From Vampirovibrionaceae bacterium NZW_1234 (lineage in GTDB: Bacteria; Cyanobacteriota; Vampirovibrionia; Vampirovibrionales; JAGQHJ01), in assembly GCA_041697335.1 (NCBI GenBank), contig JBGUGD010000033.1:1-41377 (forward strand): 41,377 nucleotides of DNA. Reading direction: 5' to 3'. The translations under genes and the position numbers were made by a program. A model generated the notes under the pieces. That model was not told where the DNA came from. It worked only from the letters and a program-made list of their open reading frames with translations, and ran no database searches. Positions 29,377 to 40,300 of the stretch are shown piece after piece. Numbering within the stretch: position 1 is the stretch's first letter; the number at the start of each line of letters is the position of its first letter.

Positions 29377-30726
29377 CTATGTTGGGTTAGGTATCTGATC
29401 TTTGTTTTTTGATATTATCCAATGGATCGTGCCGTAATTTATAGCGGAAATAATGGCATATTCGATGACGTGAGTAACAATTATGCCGAAAAATCCCCAG
29501 TACCTTAAGCCTATCCAGGCCAGAATGATTCGAGCGATAAGCGAACGTACACCAAATAATAATTGTTGCTTGTTGGATGCGATGCTATTGAGGCAGCTAC
29601 TCGCCACCTGATGAAATCCAACAAATGGGAGTCTAAAGAGAAGAATCTGCACGCAAAGTGTTAACTTTGTCATATGTTCCGAAGAAAGCTTATCATACCA
29701 TGAAAATAACTTTGGAAGTATGATTGGGGCCAACACGCAGCCAAGACTAATAATAATAATGCTTATGATGAATAGCTCAAAAATACTGGTATTAAGCTTT
29801 TTTGTGAGTTCGTTGTATTTCCGAGTGCTTCCCAGTAATGCCATTTCTGGGATAATTGTTGTCTGGGAATTAAACACGGTTAGTGTTGCTAGTACAGTTA
29901 TTAATGTTGATGAGTAGCGAAATACGCTGAGATCTCCTGCAGGTAATAATGTCAAGAAATAATTGTCGACATAAGGTAATGCTGCAAAGCAAGCCCACGA
30001 GATCAGGCGAGTCGATATTTTTTTGATACCAATATCAAAGTCTCTCAGCTTCCAGAACCATTGGAATCGAAAGCTGGATGTTACAAGCTGTGATATAAAT
30101 AAAATTAGCGATGTGAACGGGAAAGCCCATATCAGTGCATAGGCTTTCATGAAATAGGCAAGCACAGTTAGGATAGTAATAAAAATAATACCATTTATGA
30201 TGTCAAGCAGGAAGTATTTGTTAATTTCCTGCCGTTGGAGCATGAGCTGAGACAAGAAGTTCGAAGCTTGAAATAAAATTGTGACAGGCAGAGTATAGTG
30301 AAGCAAAATTGAAATGATGTGATATTCGGTTGTTGAGAGCTTATCATGGAGGGGGCCGATTAGCTGCTCGTGAAGAACGTAAATGATTAGTGCTATCCCG
30401 AAGCTGAACGTTAGAAAATAGTTGAAGCAGAGAGAAATAAATGTTCTCTGTCGTGCTTGAACATCTTCTGGAGAAGCTTGGTTACGGTTGTATTGTTCGT
30501 TATATACCGGAATAACGAGGTTCAGGGACATTTGTTGTATAAAACCTGAAACTGTTGTCAGGATGGTTGTAAAGATAAAGTAAGCGTCCGATATTGCACC
30601 TATTCCAAATAGATGGGTAATTAAAATGGTTTTAAAAAAGCCGATAAAACTAGACAAAGAGCGGTAGGAAAGTATGGAAATAAACTTTTGTATTCGATAA
30701 GTGTTTACATTTAATTTGCTTAGCAT
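29377..30726 (-). CDS. MurJ/MviN-like (MOP superfamily) flippase, probable repeat-unit exporter
   Basis: Polytopic; LSSFIGFFK..LI..LFGIG..SDAYF, VD...TLLPAGDLS.FRYS. Confidence 0.8.
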   Translation of the reverse strand: MLSKLNVNTYRIQKFISILSYRSLSSFIGFFKTILITHLFGIGAISDAYFIFTTILTTVSGFIQQMSLNLVIPVYNEQYNRNQASPEDVQARQRTFISLCFNYFLTFSFGIALIIYVLHEQLIGPLHDKLSTTEYHIISILLHYTLPVTILFQASNFLSQLMLQRQEINKYFLLDIINGIIFITILTVLAYFMKAYALIWAFPFTSLILFISQLVTSSFRFQWFWKLRDFDIGIKKISTRLISWACFAALPYVDNYFLTLLPAGDLSVFRYSSTLITVLATLTVFNSQTTIIPEMALLGSTRKYNELTKKLNTSIFELFIISIIIISLGCVLAPIILPKLFSWYDKLSSEHMTKLTLCVQILLFRLPFVGFHQVASSCLNSIASNKQQLLFGVRSLIARIILAWIGLRYWGFFGIIVTHVIEYAIISAINYGTIHWIISKNKDQIPNPT

Positions 30727-30827
30727 GGCTAGTTTTGAGCATGATTGGCATGGGTATGGATTTCCTTCAAAGGAAAAAGAGTAGAGGATTTCATAATGAG
30801 TAGGGACATCTAAGCTAGCTCTGGTTA

Positions 30828-32078
30828 TTATTCCAATGCACTAACACTTGCGCGGATACCAGATGTAAGGAAGAAGAAGGATTGGGCAATTTGTTGCAGG
30901 TTGGCTGTCATGCGTAAGCTGGGCACAAAAATGGTGTCATTTGGATGTAACTGAAAGTCAGTTTCAAGAGCGTTTACAAGGTGCTTTTCCAAGCTTCCAT
31001 CTTCTTTCTTACGCATAACAACAATCTTCCTCAGGTTGGCTCTTGGGTCAACATTTATACCCGAGAGGGCCCGGTGAAGCGTCATGTTGTTTCCAGGTAA
31101 GGTGAGTGATATACTGTAGCTCCCGTTGTTGGTTGTCGAGTTTAATTTCTGGATGTAGCCGATAACGTTGATATTATTATTTTCAGGACTCAGGGTAGAT
31201 GAGGCAAGCATGCTATCAAACTTCGGTTCACCCTGACATTTAGGAATATAGACAACATCATCTGCTTCCACTTTGACGTCTTGTTCAATGTCTCCTTCAA
31301 GTAACTTATTCAGATCGACCGTAATATCTTTCTGTGTTCGAGCATTGGTAACGCGAATATGTTGAATATCGGATGTTAGTTTAATGCCACCTGCTTTAGC
31401 CACCATTAAACTGAGCCGGGGTTCATAGAAATGTTGCTCAGCTTTTTGTGTAAGTGTATTGCCAGAATAGGCAAGATGTGCATTTTCTGGAGCATTTACG
31501 GTTGCGTATGCTCCGGGTCGGTTAATTTCACCAAGCATATAGATTGTGGAAGGTCTGAGTGACTTTAGCGTGACAAATACTCGAGGGTTTACCAGATAGT
31601 ATTTGCTCATGGCTTCCAACATTTTGGATAAGCTATCGGTTGTCATGCCGGCAATTTGGAAGGTACCAAAGGGCGGAATTGTTGCTTCACCATTATCACG
31701 GATAACGACCTCAATGATTTCCTGAATCGCTTCTGCGTTATAAGATTTGTTAACGATATCATCTTCGTCATTTATAGTTAATTTGGGAATGGAAATCGCA
31801 ACCGTATCCCCCGGGTTGAGGATATACCCATTTGAACTTGACATGCTGATCGCACCTTTGAGTACAGCCGGCGTGGTTGCCTTGAAAGCAGTTGACAGCC
31901 ATTGGTTGGCAATATTTTGGAAGAATACGCTTTCTTGTGAACCCTGAGTCTCGCTGGCTTTGATAACTGATGTTACAGTATTACTTGAAAATACGGGAAT
32001 TGTTGTGCTTATCAGGATTGTACAGAAGAAGAAACAAGCGCTGAATAGATTGGTTGTTTGCCGATGCGAGATGTTCAT
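30828..32078 (-). CDS. wza: Polysaccharide export protein with SLBB domains (Wza/OPX-like)
   Basis: YILNPGD.V, V.IRDNGEATIP..G..IAGMT, YLVNP.V.V, LGEINRPGAY, AGGI, DDVVYIP, LHPNDTIFVP. Confidence 0.85.
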   Translation of the reverse strand: MNISHRQTTNLFSACFFFCTILISTTIPVFSSNTVTSVIKASETQGSQESVFFQNIANQWLSTAFKATTPAVLKGAISMSSSNGYILNPGDTVAISIPKLTINDEDDIVNKSYNAEAIQEIIEVVIRDNGEATIPPFGTFQIAGMTTDSLSKMLEAMSKYYLVNPRVFVTLKSLRPSTIYMLGEINRPGAYATVNAPENAHLAYSGNTLTQKAEQHFYEPRLSLMVAKAGGIKLTSDIQHIRVTNARTQKDITVDLNKLLEGDIEQDVKVEADDVVYIPKCQGEPKFDSMLASSTLSPENNNINVIGYIQKLNSTTNNGSYSISLTLPGNNMTLHRALSGINVDPRANLRKIVVMRKKEDGSLEKHLVNALETDFQLHPNDTIFVPSLRMTANLQQIAQSFFFLTSGIRASVSALE

Positions 32079-32165
32079 TAACCTTCTCCTCAGTTTGGAA
32101 AGGAATATAACCCTGTTTATGGTTATTCAAACTGTGTTTTGCTCTGTTCTAACATTTCTAGTCGC

Positions 32166-34349
32166 CTATCTGCAGGAATATTCACAGGAAAACTCCCGTA
32201 TGACCGTACCGATAAGGGGGGCTTTAATAAAGCGCAGTTTTTTATACACTTGTTGGAACTGTTCTTTTGTTGCTTTTTGTTCAATAATAAGTACTGTTCC
32301 GTCCGCTTTTGTTGCTATTGTGTAGCCTTCAGCTTTGCTTATCAATGGTGGTACATCAATCAATGTCCAGTTGAAATTGAGCTTTGTGGCTTGCAGGAAT
32401 ACGTCGAATCCTCTTGAAAAGAACAGTTCAAAAGAATTTCCAGATAGATTACCTATATTAATATAAAAGAGGTTGGGGTTGATAGAGGATGGCTTAATAA
32501 CCTGCTTGATCCAATTGGCTAAAATTGCCGGGTTTACTTCGTTATGCTGAGCCAGCATGGTGTTTATCTGGGTAATGATTTCCGGTAGAGTTAATGTGTC
32601 TGAGTTTAGATCTTCAATTACAGTATTGTTCAAGCTGATGTTTTTATCGGTCTCGATTACCAATACTCGGTGCCCAGCCAGCGCTAATGCTATGCCGGTT
32701 CGTGTTAATACACTGGTACTTTGTTTACTACCTGAAAGTAGCGAGGCAAAAACGACAATTTGACGCTGGGTATTACTCTGGTCTGCGACCAGGCTTATTG
32801 CCAGATCTTTGAATGCGTTATCAATAACTGCGAGATTGGACTTCAATTGTTTTGACGAGAGCCAGGGGATCGTTGTTAATACTGGAATATTCAAAATATT
32901 TTGAAGATATTCGGCATGAGGTGTGTCTCTGAAGATGTGATAATGTCGGCGCGATACACTAATGAGGGGTAATAGTAGCGATACAAAAAATGCCAAGCAA
33001 ATCAAATGGATACGATTGGGTGCAGCGGCTTCTTTAGGAAGCGTGGGCTTCATAACAACATTCAATGGTGTGTAGGATACATGAATATCGACATCAGCAA
33101 GAGCGGAATGGAGTTTGTCAATAATCTGCCCAAGCTGCTGTTGCTTGAGTGTTAAACTATTCAAGTTAACCTGTTTTTCAGGGAATTGCCGCAACTCGTC
33201 TTCTGCTTGACTCAAGTGCGTACGATACACGTTCAGTTTTTCAGTCAGACCATTTGCTTCAACATCGGCCCGTGTTAATTGCTGAATCATATCAATTCGC
33301 ACATTGTCTTTTACTATTAATTTGCTGTTGGGGCGATGACCTAGAGTTAATATTTCCTGATCTTGAATTTCTTTTTCTAAGTATTCTATTTTTTCTTTCA
33401 GCTTAACCATATAGGGGTGTGTTTGGCTATACGTAATGGACTTGGACCAATAAGAGCGGTTTAGTTCGGCCAGCTGATTGCTCAGATTGGTGTATGACTC
33501 ATTTTGGCCACGGGCTGTTGATTCAATTGCCAAATGTACGTCTAGACCCAGTCGTTTCTGAAGTCCATCTCTCGTTTTTTCTGTTTGGGCGAGCAATGCT
33601 TCCGTGTCGTTGACTTGTTGTTTTAGGGTCTCAATTCGGCGAATGTGTTCTCCGATTTCGAGGTTCAGGTCTGCATCCGAATTTTCTTGCTGGTAATTGC
33701 GGATTTGTTCATTGATATCGGCCAGCTTAAATTCGTTTTCCCGAATCTGTTTCTCAATAATCATTTTTTGTTTCTTATAGGATTGGCGAGACTGTTCTTG
33801 TGAGAATTGCATGAAACATTGCAAGTAAATGTCTGCTATGCCCTTTGCCTCTTGTGGTTTAAGCCGTGTGACTTTAAGACGAAAAAATTCTGTTTGCTTG
33901 ATTCTGAAGAATTGCAAGCTGTTTTCAATGGTATCGATATCCTCCACCTTACTCAAAGCGGGGTCTTTACGAAGCTTTTCCTTGAGGCGGTTCAGTAAAA
34001 TAGGGCTTCTTAAGATTTCTTCCTGGTTTCTGAAAGGGTTTACGTCTTGGAAAACCTGGACGTTTCTGCGTACACCCTGTGTAACATATTCTGGCATGTC
34101 ATCCGGTTTTAATGACAAAATAGAGACTGACGAATAACTATCTTGCCAGAATACGCCGATTAAGGCACCGGAAAGTAGAGTTCCAGCCAGTGTAAAGGTG
34201 ACAATTTGCCGTAAATGACTCCTCAGAATGCTGACCATTTTGCCAAAAGATAAATCGACATCCTTCGGATAGTGACCACTGATAGGTGTTCTGCTTTCTA
34301 CCGCTGATAACTGGTGCGGATCAGTGTAGTTCTCATTGTACAGAAGCAT
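32166..34349 (-). CDS. wzc: Polysaccharide co-polymerase GumC/Wzc family with degenerate BY-kinase domain
   Basis: Two TM segments flank a coiled-coil (EILRS..L, Y..THP), then IPVLTTIP, G.RVLVIETD, LIDVPP, ADGTVLI. Confidence 0.85.
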   Translation of the reverse strand: MLLYNENYTDPHQLSAVESRTPISGHYPKDVDLSFGKMVSILRSHLRQIVTFTLAGTLLSGALIGVFWQDSYSSVSILSLKPDDMPEYVTQGVRRNVQVFQDVNPFRNQEEILRSPILLNRLKEKLRKDPALSKVEDIDTIENSLQFFRIKQTEFFRLKVTRLKPQEAKGIADIYLQCFMQFSQEQSRQSYKKQKMIIEKQIRENEFKLADINEQIRNYQQENSDADLNLEIGEHIRRIETLKQQVNDTEALLAQTEKTRDGLQKRLGLDVHLAIESTARGQNESYTNLSNQLAELNRSYWSKSITYSQTHPYMVKLKEKIEYLEKEIQDQEILTLGHRPNSKLIVKDNVRIDMIQQLTRADVEANGLTEKLNVYRTHLSQAEDELRQFPEKQVNLNSLTLKQQQLGQIIDKLHSALADVDIHVSYTPLNVVMKPTLPKEAAAPNRIHLICLAFFVSLLLPLISVSRRHYHIFRDTPHAEYLQNILNIPVLTTIPWLSSKQLKSNLAVIDNAFKDLAISLVADQSNTQRQIVVFASLLSGSKQSTSVLTRTGIALALAGHRVLVIETDKNISLNNTVIEDLNSDTLTLPEIITQINTMLAQHNEVNPAILANWIKQVIKPSSINPNLFYINIGNLSGNSFELFFSRGFDVFLQATKLNFNWTLIDVPPLISKAEGYTIATKADGTVLIIEQKATKEQFQQVYKKLRFIKAPLIGTVIREFSCEYSCR

Positions 34350-34602
34350 AAATGTTACCTAGTTTACTAGCAATATCTAATCGTTTTTACGGTTCTTCCT
34401 CATCATACAAATAAGTGAAGTTATCTTATGCAGGTGGAGTCGGCAGGCTCAGAAGCCCTGTGTTCCTCTTAAAAAATCATAAACATGTAGGATTTGAATA
34501 CGGTAGCCAAGATGTATGCTCTGCATAGTAATGAGACTTTTAACTCTCAAAGAGGCATTTGTTGTTTCTTTTCGTGGAGGAACACTATTGTAGGGAGTCC
34601 TC

Positions 34603-35862
34603 ATGAAAGAAATCTGTATTTTGGGGCTGGGATATATCGGCTTACCCACAGCCAGTACCTTGGCTGTAAATGGGTTTAAAGTACATGGGGTCGATATTGA
34701 TCCGACAATTGTTGAAAAACTGAATGACGGAGGTACTCATGTCGAAGAGCCGGGGTTAAGTACAGTATTGTCTGCTGCGCTATGCTCTGGAAATCTTGTC
34801 GTTTCGTCTGTTCCTAAGCAGGCGGATGTTTATATTATTGCCGTTCCAACTCCCATCAAGGAGGAAAACAAAGCTGACTTGTCATGTATTGAAAATGCGG
34901 CGAGATCCATTATCCCTTTGTTGAAAAAAGGTGATATTGTGATTTTGGAGTCTACCTCTCCGCCAGGTACTTGTTTGGGATTTCTTAAACCGTTGCTTGA
35001 GGAATCTGGTCTGGAAATGGGTGTGGATTGCTATTTAGCTTATTGTCCTGAGCGTGTCTTGCCTGGAAATATTGTTAACGAATTGTCCCTCAATAATCGA
35101 ATCATTGGGGGGATTAACCAGGCATCTGCTGAGCAAGCCAAGAAAATTTATGAAACGTTTGTTTGTGGAGAGATCCATTTGACCTGTTCTACAACAGCCG
35201 AAATGGTTAAGCTCATGGAAAACTCTTATCGTGATGTCAATATTGCACTTGCGAACGAACTGGCAATGGTATCTCATGACTTGGGAATTAATGCCTGGGA
35301 TGTCGTTCGACTTGCCAACTTGCATCCTCGGGTCAATTTACACTTGCCGGGGCCCGGTGTCGGTGGGCATTGTATTTCAGTTGATCCCTGGTTTATTATT
35401 GAAAAATTTCCGCAATCCACGGCCTTAATTCGTCAAGCCCGAATGGTAAATGATGAAATGCCAAGCTTTGTGTGTTGCGAGATTGATAAGAAAGTTGGTC
35501 ATTTGGGCCCTATCAAGTTGACAATTTTGGGGCTAAGTTATAAAGCGAATGTGAATGATATACGAGAATCTCCAGCACTAAAAATTTTTAATCGGTTGCG
35601 GTGTAATCCAAACTATCAAATTGCTTTGCATGATCCCCATGTGAGCAGCACGGAGTATCCATTATATGATTTGGAAACAGCATGTCGAGATTCAGACTGT
35701 ATAGTGCTGGTTACGGATCATAAAGAGTTTAGGCAAATTCGGCCGTCTCATCTATCGTGTTGGGTTAAGCGGAAGATTCTCATCGATACACGCAACTTGT
35801 TTAATAAGCAGGAATGGCTTGATCATGGCTTTGATTTTACGTTGATCGGAGCCGGGGTATAG
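34603..35862 (+). CDS. wecC: Nucleotide sugar dehydrogenase, UDP-N-acetyl-D-mannosamine dehydrogenase-like
   Basis: ILGLGYIGLPTA, IAVPTP, LESTSPPGT, CPERVLPG, KLMENSYRDVNIALANEL, PGPGVGGHCISVDPWF, GLSYKANVNDIRESP. Confidence 0.9.
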   Translation: MKEICILGLGYIGLPTASTLAVNGFKVHGVDIDPTIVEKLNDGGTHVEEPGLSTVLSAALCSGNLVVSSVPKQADVYIIAVPTPIKEENKADLSCIENAARSIIPLLKKGDIVILESTSPPGTCLGFLKPLLEESGLEMGVDCYLAYCPERVLPGNIVNELSLNNRIIGGINQASAEQAKKIYETFVCGEIHLTCSTTAEMVKLMENSYRDVNIALANELAMVSHDLGINAWDVVRLANLHPRVNLHLPGPGVGGHCISVDPWFIIEKFPQSTALIRQARMVNDEMPSFVCCEIDKKVGHLGPIKLTILGLSYKANVNDIRESPALKIFNRLRCNPNYQIALHDPHVSSTEYPLYDLETACRDSDCIVLVTDHKEFRQIRPSHLSCWVKRKILIDTRNLFNKQEWLDHGFDFTLIGAGV

Positions 35863-35953
35863 TTGTTATTTTGTTTTTTAACATTTGTTAGCCTCGCCGG
35901 ATTAGGGGGTGTGACTGTGATATGCTACACACCTCCAGGAGTTGAGGTGTTTC

Positions 35954-37132
35954 ATGGCTATTGAGAAACTCTTTGCCCGTCATCAACACATGCCGCTGCC
36001 TAATCCTAATAGGGTTCGGCTGTTTACCGATGCTCCGCAGGACTGTGCAGTGGTTGGCTTGGGGGTACGCTTTGGTGGGAAACAGGTGTTTGGTTCCGAA
36101 TTTCTGTCTCGCCAGCAGTTGGCGGTGCCCGTTTATTGGCGTAAGGATGTTGCCAGACAACTGAATAGCTTGCTTGGTGGCGACGCAATCAACGCCGTGT
36201 ATCCTCCGTTGGATACTGGCCAACCCCAGGAAAGCCGCTTTCAGCGAAAAACCGTGTTTGGACCCATCACTCTCAAGGCAGCCTACCGGCCCAAGCACCA
36301 CGATATCATGGTGGCGCCAGAGATCCCGTCGTTTTTGGGTCGTCCGTATCTGCGCGTACTTTTGGATGAAACTCACCAACCTCGTCACCTATTGGTCATG
36401 AAGGACCCTTACAATATTTTTGGTACGTTGTTTCGACGTACTCCTCTGGGATATCTGCTGGGAGATGCCACGGCGATGACATGGAAAAACAATACGGAGC
36501 GGGTGTTGTATCGCATTTACTTGTATCAGCATGCTCTTGTGCGCATGGGCAGTGTACCGCATCAATTTGTCGACACGGTTCTTCAGGCCTTGTTGAAGCA
36601 TACGCCGGAGGAGATGAAACGATTCATTCGCCGAAGAAGCCGAGTACACTGTGCCGAACGTGTTATTGATGTGTTTCCCCACTTGGCGAGCAGGAAAATC
36701 CCTCTCAGCCCAGACGGTGCCACCTTTGATACAGCGGCTGGTGTTTATGATCCCTTGACCCGAAAGGTGGTTGTTGCTCGAACGTCATTGAGACCACTGT
36801 CTCGGCTGTATCTGGAAAATTATGACATTGCCAATATTACCAGCCACGAGTTGGGTCATGCGCACGATGATGACGATAACTATTTCTCCCAATCCCGACG
36901 CTTCGCCCTGGCCTACAGCAGGGACTTGAAGCGCATGACCCAAAAGACAAAGCAACAGGTGGCAGACTGGCTGGGTGTGCGTGTTAATAAGCTCAAGGCC
37001 GCCTATGCCAAAGGCGAGGTCTATGCTCGAATTTATGCCCAGCTTCGCCAAGGCAAGGAGTTCGGCCTTGACTTCGATCCTCTCAAAGCGCTTTCCTCGG
37101 TGACCGCATTACTCAGACACTCACTGCAATAG
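35954..37132 (+). CDS. Zinc metallopeptidase with anthrax-lethal-factor/PPEP-like C-terminal domain
   Basis: HL....P....TFD.AAGVY, HELGHAHD (HExxH), SQS.RF..AY..D, downstream EVYA third ligand. GAGGTG SD before ATG 35954. Confidence 0.8.
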   Translation: MAIEKLFARHQHMPLPNPNRVRLFTDAPQDCAVVGLGVRFGGKQVFGSEFLSRQQLAVPVYWRKDVARQLNSLLGGDAINAVYPPLDTGQPQESRFQRKTVFGPITLKAAYRPKHHDIMVAPEIPSFLGRPYLRVLLDETHQPRHLLVMKDPYNIFGTLFRRTPLGYLLGDATAMTWKNNTERVLYRIYLYQHALVRMGSVPHQFVDTVLQALLKHTPEEMKRFIRRRSRVHCAERVIDVFPHLASRKIPLSPDGATFDTAAGVYDPLTRKVVVARTSLRPLSRLYLENYDIANITSHELGHAHDDDDNYFSQSRRFALAYSRDLKRMTQKTKQQVADWLGVRVNKLKAAYAKGEVYARIYAQLRQGKEFGLDFDPLKALSSVTALLRHSLQ

Positions 37133-37308
37133 CGGGTGGTTGTTTGGGTCCTAAAGTTGCCTTGATGTCTTGCTGATATATGAACCAATGACATCAAGCA
37201 ACGCTCAACTTGATATCTTTTGTAAGGAGGCATAGGGTTAGGGCAATTCTGAGCTTGCAGGGGGTTTATAGAAGTAGCTTCCATTTTTTTCGATAGGTAT
37301 TGTTGCCC

Positions 37309-40300
37309 ATGACACCCATCACTCCCACTCGGCTTGGCCTTGGATTCATTGAACGCGCTCGGCTTCTTGCCGGACGCCCTTCAGAAACAGTATCCCCTCA
37401 GAATTCCTCAATCGTGATTTCCGAACCCCTGGCGCGAGACGAGGTTCGCTTCGGTGCTCGGAAGAAATCCAAAAACGAGAAGCGCACACAACGCAAGAAA
37501 GATAAGGCCCGACGTCAGATTCAGCGTGCTCGCTCTGAGGCACCGGAACCGAGGGGAACGGTTGAAAGCACGCTCCGGCCACCCCTGTTTAACGCCACTT
37601 CTCCCTTAGGAGAGATTCCTAAAACCGTGCGGCCTGAGATTCAACAGGCCATGGGGCGGATCATCCATGCCTACCCCCCGGAGAGTCTGGTGAATGCGGA
37701 TAAGATTCAGGATGAATTGGCAATCCCCAGAGCACATGCGGAAGAAGCCTTGAAAGCCTTGTATGATGCCGGTCGCAGTGTGCCGGTTACCCATCCTACA
37801 GACAACCCCGAAACCCCTTGGCGTATTTTAGATCCCAAATCATATCTCGAAGACCTTAACCCTCTGGTGACGGCTGCCTTGCTCAGTCAACGTGTTAAGA
37901 AGCAACCACTGACCCTGCTCAGTGCTGTCGAACCTTTCGTCTATATTGCCTTTTTTAAATATGGACTTCGGCAAGGCTCTCCGCTTCCCTCGGCTCAGTT
38001 TTTTAACGGATTGATTCCACCTCAGTTTCGGGCTCAGATTGCCGATGCCGATAAACCCCTGGATGCGCTGATTCAATTGGGACGTCCCGTGGCAGCGCTG
38101 GAGTCTGGGATTTATCGCTTTCAAGGTGCCGAACCCGTCGTGCCGGAACAAAATTTTATGATGTCTATTTTGGAAACCATGTCCCCTGGGGAAGCCTTCT
38201 CTTCCGATAAGATGGTCAATCTCTTCAAAACAAAACTTCTGACTCCCGACTCCAAAGTGCCGTACGCTTTTTTAAAGGCCCTTCTGCAGTACTCGCTGCC
38301 CTACAGTCTCGAAGGCCAAATCCGGACCTTCGATCGCTACGGGATCCAGAATCTGGATACCCGAGCCAATTTGTCTTTGCCGTTGCAATGGGGAGCCCAA
38401 ACTCTTGTCGCCCTTGGGTTTTTGGATCCCCAAACCCAGCGTTTCACCCAACGGGTCAGTGAATGCCAGTTTGGGCTGTCGCTGCTGCAAGACGTGCAAA
38501 AAATACCCAACCGGGTTGATGGGGCCTGTCTGTTTTTCAGAAACGACCCGGTCAGCAAGAACGTTATTGTCTCCACCAGTCACGCGGCATCCGCCGGAGA
38601 TAACTCGCGTTCGATGGCCTATTTTGAACATCTTCGTGGTGAACGCCCGATTTATGTGCCGGAAGAGATGGCGATGATCTATCAAAAGGGCGGTTACATG
38701 GGGCAGCCTGCCGCAGAACAGGCCTTGAAGGAATTGGCGCAACTGTATCCGGCCTTAAAACCCTATCCTGGTATTCCGCCTCGCCCCCTAGTGTTAAGTG
38801 TCGACGAGGCGAGCAATTTGAAATCCTTGATTGAGGCACAGCACCGGGATGGAAAACTGAGAGCCATTGGCATGGTGGATAATCCCCCGGCACAGCATTC
38901 CTCGGTATCCCCCTTGGCATCGCCCGAAGCTGCCCGCTTGGCGGTGCCACCCCTTGTTAAAGCCTTGTGCAGTCAAATTCTGGAGCGGTATCCTGTCGAA
39001 ACGTTGATCAATACTTCAAAAATTACTAAAGAACTGGGCCATACCAACCCTCAAACCATCCAGGCGTCCCTGATGCATTTGTATCACACGGGCTATCTGT
39101 TGCCTTTGATGGATGAGCGTGGACCCTGGATGGTGCTGAATTCCAAATACCTGCCCCCGGCTCATGCCGCATTGGTTGGGCGTCAGGTGGCCAGCAGTTC
39201 TTCGCCTGCTTATGAAAAGTTTAATGCCTATGCCACCTATTTTAAGTCCCTGCGAATTCCCGGCCAAGAGCGATATATTATGCCCAGCATGGCCTATTTT
39301 GAAGCCGTAGCTTCCAAGACCTCTGATAAACCGCTATTGCGGGAACTGATTCTCAAAGCCTCGACTGTGGATACCACCGGATTTCATCGGGCTAATCTCA
39401 ATGGCACCCTGGCAGAAGTTCAGGAAAGTGATACGAAATGGCAAAAATTTCTTCTGACGCTGACACCGGGAGAAAGTCTGTTTGCGGAAGACACGGCACA
39501 AAAGTTCACGGCATATCTGAATGCCAACATGAAAGGCGCGACCATAGAGTCTGGGGTTGTCAAGCGGATTCTCTCAGCATTAACAGAGAAGGATCTGTTC
39601 ACGGTGCTGACTGAGCAGAAACCCTTTGCCAAGGTACGCCCGCAGTTGTCCCCCCAAAACCAGGAAGCCTTGTTGCTGCGGTTGAACGCGTATATTTCCA
39701 ATATGTTGATTAAAGGTTATCTGAACGAGCAGTTTGTGCTGACGGACAAACTGCGGGAGTTTCAGCAGGGCCAGGCCTTGGTTGAGCGATATAATGCGAC
39801 GCCCAACAAGCAGCTGACCATGTCCCTGATACCGCCTAAGGGACAGGAATTGCACTGGAGCATTTCGTTCTCATGGACCCTGCCACCTCGGGTTCCCGAT
39901 GAACAGGAAGCCCGCCTGGATATTCCGGCCAATCGTCTCGTGCCCCATTACGTGCTTCCTTTCCTCCCCGCACATCAACAGTTTACGCTGCGTCAGGATA
40001 CGGAGGCCGCTCTTGATGCCGCCAGTGGTGCTGACGGCTATCCCAAGCTGAAGGAAGCTTACTATAAAGACTTGCCTCCACAACCGATGGCTCTGGATAC
40101 GGCCGAGGTGCTGGACTTCCTTAAACATGCCAATAAACTTAAAGCCAAGGGCATCCGGATATTATTGCCCCAATCGCTGATTGAAGGTCCGAAGGCTGGT
40201 GGTACTCCCACCAACCCTCTTCAGGTTCCTGTGGGCGCTGTTGATGCCATGGTGGGTGAAAAGCCGACCACCACAAACCCGGAAGTCACCAAAACCATTC

